Origin: Pristiophorus japonicus
Lineage: Eukaryota
Length of the DNA: 64,000 nucleotides
NCBI RefSeq assembly: GCF_044704955.1
Contig: NW_027254201.1
Coordinates: forward strand, 5,332,001-5,396,000
Reading direction: 5' to 3'
Of the stretch, positions 1 to 12,192 are shown piece by piece. Below the pieces are notes generated by a model that saw only the letters and a program-made list of their open reading frames with translations, did not search any database and was not told where the DNA came from. A program made the translations under genes and the position numbers. How positions within the stretch are numbered: position 1 is the stretch's first letter; every line of letters starts with the position of its first letter.

Positions 1-3000
1 CCGCTGGAACCTCCCCAGAGTCCAGAGAATTTTGGTAGATTATAACGAATGCATCGGCTCTAACTTCCGCCATCTGCTTTAATAGCCTGGGATGCATTTC
101 AACAGGACCAGGGGACTTGTCTACCTTGAGTCTCATTAGCGTGTCCAGCACTAGCCTCCTAGTGATAGTGATTGTCTCGAGGTCCTCCCTTTCCACATTC
201 CTGTGACCAGCAATTTTTGGCATGGTTTTTGTGTCTTCTACTGTGAAGACCGAAGCAAAATAATTGTTTAAGTTTTCAGCCTTTTCCACATTTCTCATTA
301 TTAAATCCCCTTCTCATCTTCTCATGGACCAACATTTATTTTAGTCACTCTTTTCCGTTTTATATATCTGTAAAAGCTTTTACGATCTGTTTTTATGTTT
401 TGCGCAAGTTTACTTTCACAATCTGTCTTTCCTATCTTTATTGCTTTATTATTCATTCTTTGCTGTCGTTTAAAAATTTCCCAATCTTCTAGTTTCCCAT
501 GGATCTTGGCCACCTTATATGCATTGGTTTTTAATTTGATACTCTCCTATATTTCCTTGGTTATCCACGGCTAGTTATCCCTTCACTTACTGTCCTTCTT
601 TTTCACTGGAATATATTTTTGATGAGCACTATGAAAGAGCTCCTTAAAAGTCCTCCACTGTTCCTCAATTGTTCCACCGTTCAGTCTGTGTTTCCAGTCT
701 ACTTCAGCCAACTCTGTCCTCATCCCACTGTAGTCCCCTTTTTTTAAGCATAGAACACTCGTATGAGACACGACTTCCGAACCCTCAATCTGTGTTACAA
801 ATTCAACCATACTGTGATCACTCATTCCGAGAGGATCTTTTACTAGGAGATCGTTTATATTCCTGTCTCATTACACAGGACCAGATCGAAGATCGCTTGC
901 TCTCTTGTAAGTTCTGTAACATACTTTTGTAAGAAACCATCCCTTATGCATGTTATGAATTCCTCCTCAAGGCTAGGCCGTGCGATTTGATTTGACCAAT
1001 CGATATGTAGGTTAAAATCCCCCATGATTACTGCCGTTTCTTTTTCACATGCCTCATTATTCCCTTGATTATTTCCGGCCCACCGTGAAGTTATTATTTG
1101 GGAGCCTATAAACTTCGCCCACCAGTGACTTTTTCCCCTTACTATCGCTAATCTCCACCCACAATGATTCAACATTTTGTTCATTAGAGCCAATATCTTC
1201 TCTCACTACTGCCCTGACATCTTCCTTTATGAGCAGAGATACCCCATCTCCTTTCCCTTCTTGTCTATCTTTCCGAATTGTCAGATACCCCTGTATGTTT
1301 AATTCCCAGTCTTGGCCACCCTGCAACCACGTTTCTGTAATGGTCACCAAATCATACCCATTTGTACTAATTTGTGCCGTCAACTCATTTACTTTATTTC
1401 GAATGCTGCGTGCGTTTTGGTAGAGCATGTTAATACTCGTTTTTAAACCATGATTTTTAGTGTTGACCCATCCTGCAGCCCCTTTATATTCATACATATT
1501 ATACCTTCCAATAAACTTGTGGTTTAGACTTATCCCAGTGCTACTCTGCTCTGTTGCCTCCTGCCTTTTGCATTCTTTCTTGGGATTCTGTTCATCTGAG
1601 CACTCATCCATTCCAACTAGCTCAGAACCATCTCCTATGTTCCGAATACTCCTTGCATTGAGGCACCGAGACTTCATGCCTGCCTTTTTATTACACTTTG
1701 ACCTTTTAGAATTTTGCTGTACAGTGGCTCTTTTTGTTTTTTGCCTTGGGTTTCTCAGACCTCCAATTTTACTCATCTCCTTTCTATCTTTTGCTTTTGT
1801 CTCCTTTTTGTTTCCCTCTGTCTCCCTGCATTGGTTCCCATCCCCCTGCCATATTAGTTTAACTCCTACCCAACAGCACTAGCAAACACTCCCCCTAGGA
1901 CATTGGTTCCGGTCCTGCCCAGGTGCAGACCATCCGGTTTGTACTGGTCCCACCTGCCCCAGAACCGGTTCCAATGGCCCAGGAATTTGAATCCCTCCCT
2001 GCGACATCACTGCTCAGCCACGTATTCATCTGAGCTCTCCTGCGATTTCTATTCTGACTAGCATGTGGCACTGGTAGCAATCCCGAGATTACTACGTTTG
2101 AGGTCCTAAGTTTAAATTTAGCTCCGAGGTCCTTCAATTCGTCTCGGAGGACCTCATCTTTTTTTACCTATATAGTTCGTAGCAATGTGCACCACGACAA
2201 CTGGTTGTTTACCCTCCCTTTCCAGAATGTCCTGGAGCCGCTCAAAGACATCCTTGACCCTTGCACCAGGGAGTCAACATACCATCCTGGAGTCTCAGTT
2301 GCGGCCGCAGAAACGACTATCTATTCCCCTTACAATCGAAGCCCATATCACTATCGCTCCCCCACAGTTTTTCCTGCACTCCTGTTCAGCAGAGCCAACC
2401 ACGGTGCCATGTACTTGGCTGCTGCTGCTTCCCATCAATATTACTCAAAACTGTGTTTCTGTTTTGCAGGGGGATGACCGCAGGGGACCACTGCACGATC
2501 TTCCTTGCACTGTTCTTTCTGCTGGTCTTCCATTAACTTGCTGGCTGTGGACCCTTCACCTGCGGTAAGATCAACTCACGACACGTGCTACTCACGTCAT
2601 TCTCAGCATTGTCGATGCACCAGAGTGAATCTCCGCTCAGCTCCAATTCCACAACGCGGTCCGTCAGGAGCTGGAGGCGGATACACTTCCCGCACACTGA
2701 GCCGTCAGGGTCACCGGACGTGTCCCTGAGTTCCCACATGGTAGAGGAGGAGCATATCACGTGACCGAGATCTCCTGCCATGAATTAACCCTTAGATACA
2801 CTTAAATTGGCAACAACAATGCTAAAGTTTACTCACTGTTATAGGTGAGAAGAAAGAAAAACTACTCACCAATCACCAGCCAATCACTTACCCCCTTGGC
2901 TGTGACGTCCATTTCTGTTTCTTTCTACTTCTTTTTTGCTTTCTGCCTGTAGCTGTCCAAGCACGCCTCTCCTCGACGCTGGGCCCCGGACTCCCTGCTG

Positions 3001-3300
3001 TGCCTTTTATAGGCGTCTCACCGAAGTCCCGACTGCCTTTCCGCGCACTTCCTCGACGCTGCACCCCGGACTCCTTGCTGTGCATTTTATAGGCCTCTCA
3101 CCGAAGTCCCGACTGCCTCTCCACGCACCTCCTCGACGCTGGGCACCGGGCTCCTTGCTGTGCCTTTTTTAGGCCTCTCACCTAAGTCACGACTGCCTCT
3201 TAACGCACCTCCTCGATGCTGGGCCCCGGACTCCCTGCTGTGCCTTTTATAGGCCTCTCACCGAAGTACCGACTACCTCTCCACGCACCTCCTCGACGCT
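1..3300 (-). mobile_element. CR1-clade LINE, 5' part: tandem-repeat 5'UTR, ORF1 (Zn finger + SGNH esterase), ORF2 APE endonuclease and linker; continues past window start; decayed
   Basis: Minus-strand fragments MAGDLGHVICSSSTMWE..CGKC (ORF1 start 2781), VVISGLLPVP..MNTWL (esterase), NARSIRNK..ITETWL..GY..RKDR..GDGV, VIMGDFN, DLVL, SDH (endonuclease); many stops and frameshifts. Confidence 0.93.
2971..3300 (-). repeat. 80-bp tandem monomers (about 4 copies) at the CR1 5' end
   Basis: cctcgacgct or a 1-nt variant recurs at 2971, 3051, 3131, 3211 and 3291; units read gcctataaaaggc or close variants on the minus strand. Confidence 0.95.
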
Positions 3301-4526
3301 CCTTGATGGCATGGAGATACAATTCGATGGAATTTCAGTGATCGAGACACATGTCAAAACAAGTAATCGTCAAGTTGACAGAGAAAAGAAATATGCCGTA
3401 TAGCTCCGACAAGGGCAACTCTCTCATCCTTATGGTCCGTGGATGGTCGGACAGATATGACACAATCTCGATCAGATCCAAAGCGGGGAGGTACCGGACG
3501 GTATCAACAGCTCACATCTATCTTAGCTAGCCAAGCTGGAGGGGACACTGGATAACTGCACTCTTAAGGGACTAACCAGAGTATACCCAACGATTCCAAA
3601 CTGCCAGATGGGCACAACAGCGGGAGTGGGGATCGTCTTGATGATCTCTATAGTCAGATGAGACTCAGGTCCATTTTCCCTTTATCAACGGGAGAATATT
3701 GAGGTTGTATGCGACAATGCCTTCCTCCGTTACTACTTGACTGCAGACTCCACTGTATGTAGAGATAACACGCTTTACGCCGTCTCCCTGACAGGGTGCA
3801 GACAAAGGGTCGAGATCACGGTGTGCCCCCACCCGGTGGGAAAGGGAGATTTTGATCAGTGTGGTTTTAATCGAACCGATGGATGCGTTTTGGAAATAGT
3901 ACCCGACCCTGCACATTTTGCTCAGGCCGGGTACGGAAGAAAGGGAAATACAGTGCCTCCACCACGGAACACTCATATCAGTATAACATCTTGCAATGCC
4001 CAGTCCCGCAACCAAACTTCTGCTTTATACCTCTACGACCCATTACTATAGGGCAAGGCCGTATTATCCAAGTTCGACGGTGAGGTACCGAAATCATTAA
4101 TGCGACTGATCAACTACATGATAACCTGCAGGACGATGACGAGCTAGAACAGGTCCCTATTCCCCATTTAGCAGAGGTATTAAGGGAATTAAGACTCAGA
4201 GTCGTACAGTCTGTTAAGTTCTAAAACCAACTGTGGACAAAGGTTGTGATACTGGAAAAAGACACAGACACCGAGCTGCACGCTGAGAGTTGGTGTAGGA
4301 AGGTGTGGAACTGGGGGATGAATGTAACATCCACCATTGGATTCAAATTATATCACACATACTAGTCTGAATACAGCTAGTCCTAGCGGTAGCATGAGGA
4401 CCCATGGCTTGCCGATCTTGCAGACATTATGCACAACAACGGAGGTTTAACACCAAAGCTGAGATAAGAAAGGTGTTTCGCGTAATAGGCGAAAGGGGTA
4501 ATTCGAACTGTATTGATTTTATTTAA
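3301..4526 (+). pseudogene. env: Envelope (class I fusion, F-like) gene fragment, C-terminal ~70%; paralog of 21440-22649
   Basis: Colinear similarity with 21441 onward (atggagatacaattcgatggaatttc vs atggagatacagttagatggaatttc); Cys-rich LTGCRQRVEITVCPHPVG..CGFNRTDGC; Trp-rich ESWCRKVWNWG; TM IISHILV.IQLVLAVA; multiple stops. Confidence 0.8.
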
Positions 4527-4649
4527 ACAACTGGGACTCCATAAATCGCGTGACTGGCCAGCACGTTGAAGCAGGAAAACCAGTTGATACAAAGCTTTAA
4601 CAGAATATAAATTAGTGTAGGTTTCAGGGGCTAGGACTAGCCCCTTGTC

Positions 4650-4745
4650 CGAAAGGGGGGGTTGTTTTCGCTGAAAAATCTTCCCCTAGGGCATCGGCAC
4701 CTGTAGCATAATGTTGGAACTAAATATGTAACTGTCGCGTTATTG
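4650..4745 (+). mobile_element. Polypurine tract and truncated 3' LTR start of the F-like env element
   Basis: gaaaggggggg followed by TG at 4663; gcacctgtagcataatgttggaactaaatatgtaact matches the LTRs at 17111 and 22790; cut off by a LINE at ~4748. Confidence 0.85.
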
Positions 4746-4747
4746 AA

Positions 4748-5530
4748 CCACTACATTTCGTGTGGTGAAGGCACTCCCACAGTCTTCAAACGGAGTGAGT
4801 TCCAGGATTTTGACCCAGCGACGATTAAAGAACGCTGATATATTTCCAAGTCAGTTTGGTGTGACATAGAGTGGAACGTGCAGATTGTGGAGATCCCATG
4901 CGCTTGTTGCCCTTCGCCTTCTAGGGCATAGATGGCGGAGGTTTGGGAGTAGTTGTCGGAGACGTCATGGCGAGTTTCCACTCGAGGTTACACACTGCAG
5001 CCACGATGCACCAGTGGTGGAGGGAGTGAATGTTAAAGTGGTGGGAAACGCTGACGATCAAGCGGGCTGCCTTGTCCTGGAGGTTTTTCAGATTCGTGAA
5101 TGTTGTTGGAGCAGCAATCGTCCAGGGAAATGTAGAGTTTTGAATCACGCCACTGACCTGTGCCTTGTAGATGATAGAAATGATTTGATGAGTCTGGAAG
5201 TCAGACTCGTCGCAGAATAACCAGCTTCTTACTAGCTCTTGTTGACACAATATTTATGTGGCTGTTCCAGTGACGTGTCTGGGCAATGGTGATCCCCATG
5301 TTGTTGAAAGCAGTGTCTTCAACGATGATCTTTCGACTTAATATAAAGGCGAGGAGTTTAGACTTTCTCTTCTTGGAGATAGCCATTATCTGCCACTTGT
5401 GTGATACGAATCGTTCTCTTCATTGATCAGCCTGAGCATAAATGCTGTGCTTGTCTTTCTGCACCCGGCCACAGAATGCATCATTCTCTGAAGTGTTCTG
5501 CATGGAATTCAACATTGTGCAATCATGGGT
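4748..5530 (-). mobile_element. CR1/L2-type LINE RT C-terminal fragment (second family, same as 29850-31205)
   Basis: IYKAQVSGV.Q..W..AAPTT..NL..LQDKAARLI and VAGSKSWNSL in the ORF track. Confidence 0.85.
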
Positions 5531-5614
5531 AAACTTCTTTACTTCTGTCCATACAATATGTACACCTCTTCTGAAATGTTTCCATTATCTTTTAATTAAT
5601 ATTTGAAACAATGT

Positions 5615-6090
5615 ATACTTTGTTGCAAGGGGAATGGAGTACAAAGCAGCGCAGATCTGCTACAACTGTACAGAGTTTTTTGAGACCAGACCACACCTGG
5701 AGTACTGCTCACAGTTTTGTTCATCTTATGTAAGGGAGGATAGACTTGCATTGGACGCTATTCAGAGAAGGTTCACTCGATTGATTCCTGATATGAGGGG
5801 GTTGAATTATTAAGATATTGAGCAGGTTGGGCCGATAAACATTAGAGATCAGGAGAAAGAAAGATGATATATTAGAAATTTATAAGATAACGAGTGGACT
5901 CGTCAAGGGGGATGCACAGGAAGGATATTTCCACCCCCAGTAGAAACTAAAACCACGCGTCATGGGTTAGGAATAAGGGTCCGCCCATTTAATACAGTGG
6001 TGAGGAGAAATGTCTGCTCTCATAGGGTAGAAAACCTGCGGAATTCTCTGTCCCAGAGAGTTGTGTAGGTCAGGTCATTCAATATATATC
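5615..6090 (+). mobile_element. CR1 LINE RT C-terminal fragment
   Basis: LLQLYR..RPHLEYC.QF..P; QRRFTRLIP; ggaattctctgtcccagagagttgtg. Confidence 0.85.
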
Positions 6091-6309
6091 TCATGTATTG
6101 TTACCAGCAATGAGCATTTTGAAACAGACCACAGAAGCACAGTGTCTAAAATACTTTATGAGGTAAATTGCAGAACACAGACGAATTATTCAATTAAGGA
6201 CTCTCCATCAGTTAACATTTCTTTAGTTGTGCAAATGACGATCATCAGTTAATTAATGACGTTTTCCCGTGAAAACAGGATAAAATTTAACGATTTGACA
6301 TTTTCTACA

Positions 6310-7078
6310 TTTCGAAAGGCACTAGTTAATCAGGACAATCAGCACGATTTGTTAAGGAATGGTGGCGTTTGACTAACTTGTTGCATTTTTGTAGGAGGTC
6401 ACCAGGTGGGTCGATGAAGCACTGCGGATGATGTAGTTTACATGGATTTCATTAATGCTTTCGCTAATGTCCCATCTAGCAGACTGATCATGAAAGTAAA
6501 GTTCCATGGGATCAAGCGCAAAGTGGCAAATTGGATCCAAATTTGGCTCAGAGGCAGGAAGCAAAAGGTAATATTTGATAGGTGTTTTTGTGAATGGAAG
6601 GATGTTTCCAATGCAGTTCCGCATTGCTTTTTATAGTATGTATCAATGACCTAAACTTGAATATAGGGATTATGATTAAGAAGTTCTCAGGTGATAGTTA
6701 AATAGGCAGTGTGGTTGATAATGAAGAAGAAAGTTGTAGAGTGTAGGAAGACATGAATCAACTGGAAGGTGGGCAGAACATTGACAGAAGGAATTTAATC
6801 CAGAGACGTATGAGATCGTGGCAATTGTGGAGGGCTAACAAGGAAAGGGAATACACATCAACTGGTAGGACATTGAGAAGTGTAGAGGAACAAAGGGAAC
6901 TGGGATTGCATGTGCACAGATCCCTGAAGGTAGTTGGCCAGTTGGATAAGGTGGTAAAGAAGGCATACGGAATAGTTGCCTTTCTTGGCATAGGCATGGA
7001 ATAGAAGAGCAAGTGGGTTATGCTTGAAATATATAACATTCTGGTTTGGCCACAACTGAAGTACTGCGTGCAGGTCTG
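6310..7078 (+). mobile_element. CR1 LINE RT fragment
   Basis: MDFINAFANVP..LIMKVKFHGIK.KVANWIQIWL.GRKQKV; LGLHVHRSLKV..Q.DKVVKKAYG; ends at LKYCVQVW where Gypsy gag begins. Confidence 0.85.
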
Positions 7079-9367
7079 GGAAATTAAGTTTTGCATAATT
7101 AAGCTGGGCAAGTTGAAGGATGGGAGCTCAACGGCAAGTACTGTGCATAAAATAACGTCTTCAGCAGGTAGAACTGTACATGACAGGGCCTACACGCCTG
7201 CAGAGGTCAGACGAGGAAGAGAGAGTCTGCTTTGGGCAGTGAATGCGAATCCATTTATACCATGTTGGTGTTGCGGGGGTAAACATCGAGCCTACCAATG
7301 TCGATTCAAGCACTGCGTGTGCACGGGCTGTGGTACAATGGGGCACCTACAGCGAATGTGGAAACCCGCCGCGACTCCCCACGTGGCAAAGTCGGCAGGA
7401 GATGAGCGATCCGGCGCTGATCATGCTGAACGAGTAAGAGAGGCAACTCGACTCGAAGCTAAAGAGGAAGTGTATCGGATACACACATTAGCAACAAAAT
7501 CTTCCGATAATGTGGAAAGTCAAATAAATGGCATTCCCGATTCCATGGCATTGGACACATGGTCGAGTCAGTCAATTATGAGCCAGAAGGCTTTTGATAA
7601 ACTGTGACAACAAGGCACAAATGCCCAAACTAAGCCCGATCCATACCAAGCTATGCACTGACAGCAAAGAGCTCATATATGTCATTGGCAGTGCGGCAGT
7701 GCAGTTATCGTACGCTGGAGCTGTGCATGATTACCATCATGGATTGTACGAGGCGATGGCCCAACGCTGTTCATCAGAATCTGGTTAGGAAAAAACCAAT
7801 GGAACTGGGACGCCAACAAAGCATTGATCTTGGTGGATGACGCCTCGTGTTCCCAAGTGTTAAACAAATTCCCGTAGTGATTTGAGCCAGGCATCGGCAA
7901 ATTCAAAGACGCCAAAGTGCAGACCCATCTACTCCCTGATGCACAGCCCGTTCATCACAAGTCCCGCTCGCTTCCATATATGATGCAAGAGAATGTCGTG
8001 ATCGAGCTTGACAGACTTCAACGAGAGGGATATTATCGCCAGTCGAGTGCAATGAGTGGGCGTGTCCAATTGTTCCAGTGTTGAAAAGCGATGGGACGGT
8101 CAGAATCTGCGGGGAATACAAATTAACGATCAATCGAATCTCGTTACAGGACCAGTACCCACAACCCAAAGCGGACGACCTATTCGTAACGTGAGCAGCG
8201 GGTAAGTGTTTCACGAAGTTGGATCTAACCTCTGCTTACATGACAGAGGAGGTGCCTGAATCTTCGAAAACATTGACGTGCATCAACATGCACAAAGAAT
8301 TGTTCATATGCCACAGGGGCACTTTTGGTATTCGCTCGGCTGCGGTCATCTTCCAGAGGAACATGGAGAGTCTGCTGAATTCGGTTCCGCACAACATGGT
8401 GTTTCGAGACGACATCCTGATAATCGGTCGCATCACCAACGAATACTTACACAACCTGGAAAGAATCTAAAGCGACTGGACAGCGTGGGACTTGGGCTGA
8501 AACGCTCCAAGTGTGTTGTCTTGGCGCCAGAGGTCGAATTTTTGGAGAGAAAGATTGAAACGAATGGTATCAGACCGACGGACTCCAAGATGGAGGCCAT
8601 CAAGAATGCATACAGACCAAAGAATGTGACGGCGCTTCATTTGTTCCTGGGATTCCTCAACTATTTTGTTAACTTTCTACTGGGGTTGTGCACTTTGCTG
8701 GAACCTTTGCATTCATTACTACGCAAGTGTGATGACTGGGTTGGCGGTAAATCTCAAGAGACAGCATTTACTAAGGCCAGAAACCTGCTGTGTTCTACCA
8801 AGTAACGTATATTGTATGACCCGTGTAAACGTTTAGTACTAACTTGCAATGCATCTTCGTACGGGGTCGGTTGTTTGTTGCAGCAATCCCATATGTCAGG
8901 TTAACTGCAACCGGTTGCATATGCATCCGGAAGTTTATCAATGGCTGAAAGAGTCGACAGTAGGTTTGAAAAAAAACCATTAGCATGCTTATACGGGGTT
9001 AAGAAATTGCACCAATATCTATTTGGACTTTGGTTCGAGCTCGAAACCGACCACAAACTGCTCATTTCGCTGTTCTTAGAAAGCAAAGATATTAATATCA
9101 ATGCTACGTCCCGCATTCAAAGATGGACACTAACATTTTCTTCGCATGACTATGTAATCTGTCACAGACCAGGCGTTGAGAACTATGCTGATGCCTTCAG
9201 TTGGCTACCATTGGCCACCACCCGGGTGGAAATGGCGCAAGCCGCAGACTGTTTGTTGCAATATATGTTTTTGAGAACGAGGGGTCACCCGTCACCACTC
9301 GCCAGATCAGGTCCTGTGGATCAGGAAAAGCCAGGACCCTGTGCTATCACTCGTAAAAAGCTGCATA

Positions 9368-10730
9368 CAAACATATAAACATAGAAAATAGATGCAGGAG
9401 TAGGCCATTCGGCCCTTCTAGCCTGTACCGCCATTCAATGAGTTCATGGCTGAACATGCAACTTCAGTACCCCATTCCTGCTTTCTCGCCATACCCCTTG
9501 ATCTCCCGAGTAGTAAGGACTTCATCCAACTCCTTGTTGAATACATTCAGCGAATTGGCGTCAACAACTTTCTGTCGAAGGGAATTCCACAGCTTCACCA
9601 CTGTCTGGGTGAAGCAGTTTCTCATCATCTTGATCCTAAATGGCTTACACCTTATCCTTAGACTGTGACCTCTGATTCTCGACTTCCCCAAATTGGGAAC
9701 ATTCTTACTGCATCTAACCTGTCTAAACCCATCAAGATCTTCAACATTTCTTTGAGATCCCCTCTCATTCTTCTGAACTCCAGTGAATACAAGTCCAGTT
9801 GATCCTGTCTTTCTGGATAGGTCAGTCCCGCCATCCCGGGAATCAGTCTGGTGAACCTTCGCTGCACTCCCTAAATAGCAAGAATGTCCTTCCTCAAAAC
9901 TGTACACAATACACCAGGGGTGTCCTCACCAAAGCCCTGTACAACTGTAGCAACACCTTCCTGCCCCTGTATTCAAAGTCCCTCGCTATGAAGGCCAACA
10001 TGCCATTTGCTTTCTTAACCGCCTGCTATACCTGCATGCCAACCTTCAATGACTGATGTACCATGACACCCAGGTCTCGTTGCTTCTCCCTTTTGCTAAT
10101 CTGGCACCATTCAGATAATAGTCTGTCTCTCTGTTTTTACCACCAAAGTTGATAACCTCACATTTATCCACATATTAGTTCATCTGCCATGCATTTGCCC
10201 ACTCACCTAACCTATCCAGGTCACTCTGCAGCCTCATAGCATCTTCCTCGCAGCTCCCAAATCCCACCGAACTTAGTGTCATCCGCAAATTTGGAGATAC
10301 TACTTTTAATCCCCTCATCTAAATCATTAATGTACAATGTAAACAGTTGGTGCCCCAGCACCGAACCTTGTGGTGCCCCACCAATCACTCCCTGCCATTT
10401 TGAAAAGTACCCATTTACTCCTACTCTTTGCTTCCTGTCTGATTACCAGTTCTCAATCCATGTCAGCACACTACTTCCAATTCCATGTGCTTTAACTTTG
10501 GACATTAATCTCTTGCGTGATACATTGTCGAAACCCTTATGTAATCCAAATATACCACAATAACTGGTTCTCCCTTGTCCACTCTACTGAAAACATCCTC
10601 ATAAAATTCCAGAAGTTTTGTCAAGCATGATTTCCCTTTCACAAATCCATGCTGACTTGGACCTATCGAGTCACCTCTTTCCAAATGCGTTGCTATGACA
10701 TCCTTAATAATTGATTCCATCATTTTACCC
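9368..10730 (-). mobile_element. 5'-truncated CR1 LINE inserted into Gypsy pol
   Basis: Tail aaacatataaacatagaaa at ~9368; SQHGFVKGKSCLT.LLEF, VVYLD, QRRFTRLIPGM, RGHSLRI, KGYGEKAG; Gypsy pol resumes at ~10731. Confidence 0.93.
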
Positions 10731-11976
10731 TTCCTTGATGGGAGCTGATCGGCTGTTCCCGGAAAAAAGCAAGACGAAATTAAGCCGTTTTATTTTTGCA
10801 AGGATGAAATGTCCTTCCAATCGGATTGTCTCCTATTGGGGAATCGCGTGGTTTTGCCAAAAAGAAGGCAGGGAAATGTTTATACGCGAACCACACAGTA
10901 TCCATCCAGGCATATTCATGAGGATGGCTCGTTAGGCGGCCCGGCATTGACTCAGAATTGGAGTCATGCATACACCAATGTAACACTTGCTCACAGTTGA
11001 GAAATGCACCAAGGAGGCCCCACTGAGTTTGTGGTCATTGCCCTCCAAACCGAGGTCCAGGTTCCACGTAGATTTCGCTGGCCCTTTTTCTGGTAATGAT
11101 GTATCTTGTAGCAGTGAACTCTTAATCGAAATGGATTCAATGTATAATAATGTCATCATGAACGTCCACTGCCACCATTGAAATCCTCCTGGCCATGTTT
11201 GCCACCCACGGCTTGCTCAACGTTCTTGGTAATGAAAATGAACCATGCTTCACTCGCTCGGAATTCAAATAGTTCATGTCCCGCAATAGCATCAAGCTTG
11301 TCAGGTCTGCCCTTTTAAGGCGGCATCCAATGGTCAAGCAGAACGGGCAGTCCAAATTATCAAGCAGTACAGTCCCGGTTATCTCGGGCTCTGCTCAGCT
11401 ACTGTACGCGACCCAACTTTCTTAGTGATGTTCCCCCTGCAGAATTGTTAATGATGAGAGCACTCAAAACCAGGCTCTCCTTACTCCACCCGGATCTCAA
11501 TGATCAGGTAGAAACTCGGTGTCACCGGCATAACGTGTACCACGATCACGTGGCTGTATCACGTGACATTGAGGTTAACGACCCTGTTTTTGTTCTTAAT
11601 TAGCGTCATGGTCCCAAATGTGTTTCTGCCACTATTTTAGCCAAGTAGGGGAATCGATCGTTTTTGTTATCTGTGTGAATGGAGAAACGTATATAGAGCA
11701 TTTGGATCAGACGAAATTGTGATTCCAAACCACCAAGAACAGGATGAAGAGGACACTACCATCATTAATCCACCAACACACACCCAACCAGCAACCGACC
11801 TCGCTGTCAACCACGAGGATGAACTCACCATGCCAGCAGTCCGATCCGACGAGCCGCGTTGCAGTGCAGCAAAGAACCGACCAATCACCCATGTCAGGAC
11901 TTCAACTGAGGCGAACAACCAGGATCGCCTCAACTTGTAAATAACTTGTATCTAAGATTTTTTTTGGGGGGGCTGA

Positions 11977-12192
11977 TGTTATTTTTGTAAACTTTACTAG
12001 TACTTAAGACTTGCCACCAGGGGGCGCCGCAGCTGTTGGAGACCCAAGGGTCACCTGCACATCCCGGGCAATCAGGTATCAAAGTTAGTCTACCATGCAG
12101 TTTCCTGACTCTGGAGTTTGCTTAAAGAGACTTAGATCACAATAGTTTGAGCTTACAGTATACAGTCTTGTGGAGTTATTCTGAATATAACA
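11977..12192 (+). repeat. Gypsy 3' LTR (~216 bp)
   Basis: Follows a G-run PPT; termini TGTTAT...ATAACA form an inverted repeat. Confidence 0.88.
12013..12028 (+). promoter_or_regulatory. CTCF core consensus match inside the Gypsy LTR
   Basis: GCCACCAGGGGGCGCC matches the vertebrate CTCF core CCASYAGRKGGCRS; binding not shown. Confidence 0.55.

Larger units (their letters stand above)
7080..12192 (+). mobile_element. Ty3/Gypsy LTR retrotransposon, 5'-truncated and decayed (gag Zn knuckles, PR, RT, RNase H, IN, PPT, 3' LTR); interrupted by a CR1 at ~9368-10730
   Basis: CWCCGGKH..QC..CTGCGTMGHLQRM knuckles; MALDTWSSQSIMS protease; LDLTSAY, FGIRSAAVIFQ, FRDDIL RT; CNASSYGVG, AYAS.SLS, ETDHKLL RNase H; RFHVDFAGPF integrase; RT-RH-IN order. 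Confidence 0.95.

Noticed and set aside
2971-3300. Regularly spaced repeats as a CRISPR-like array (also 13466-13770)
   Set aside because: Whole units repeat head to tail with no variable spacers; they are LINE 5' monomers
7020-7607. 195-aa ORF as a novel zinc-finger fusion gene
   Set aside because: Chance read-through from a CR1 RT fragment into truncated Gypsy gag-protease with degenerate motifs
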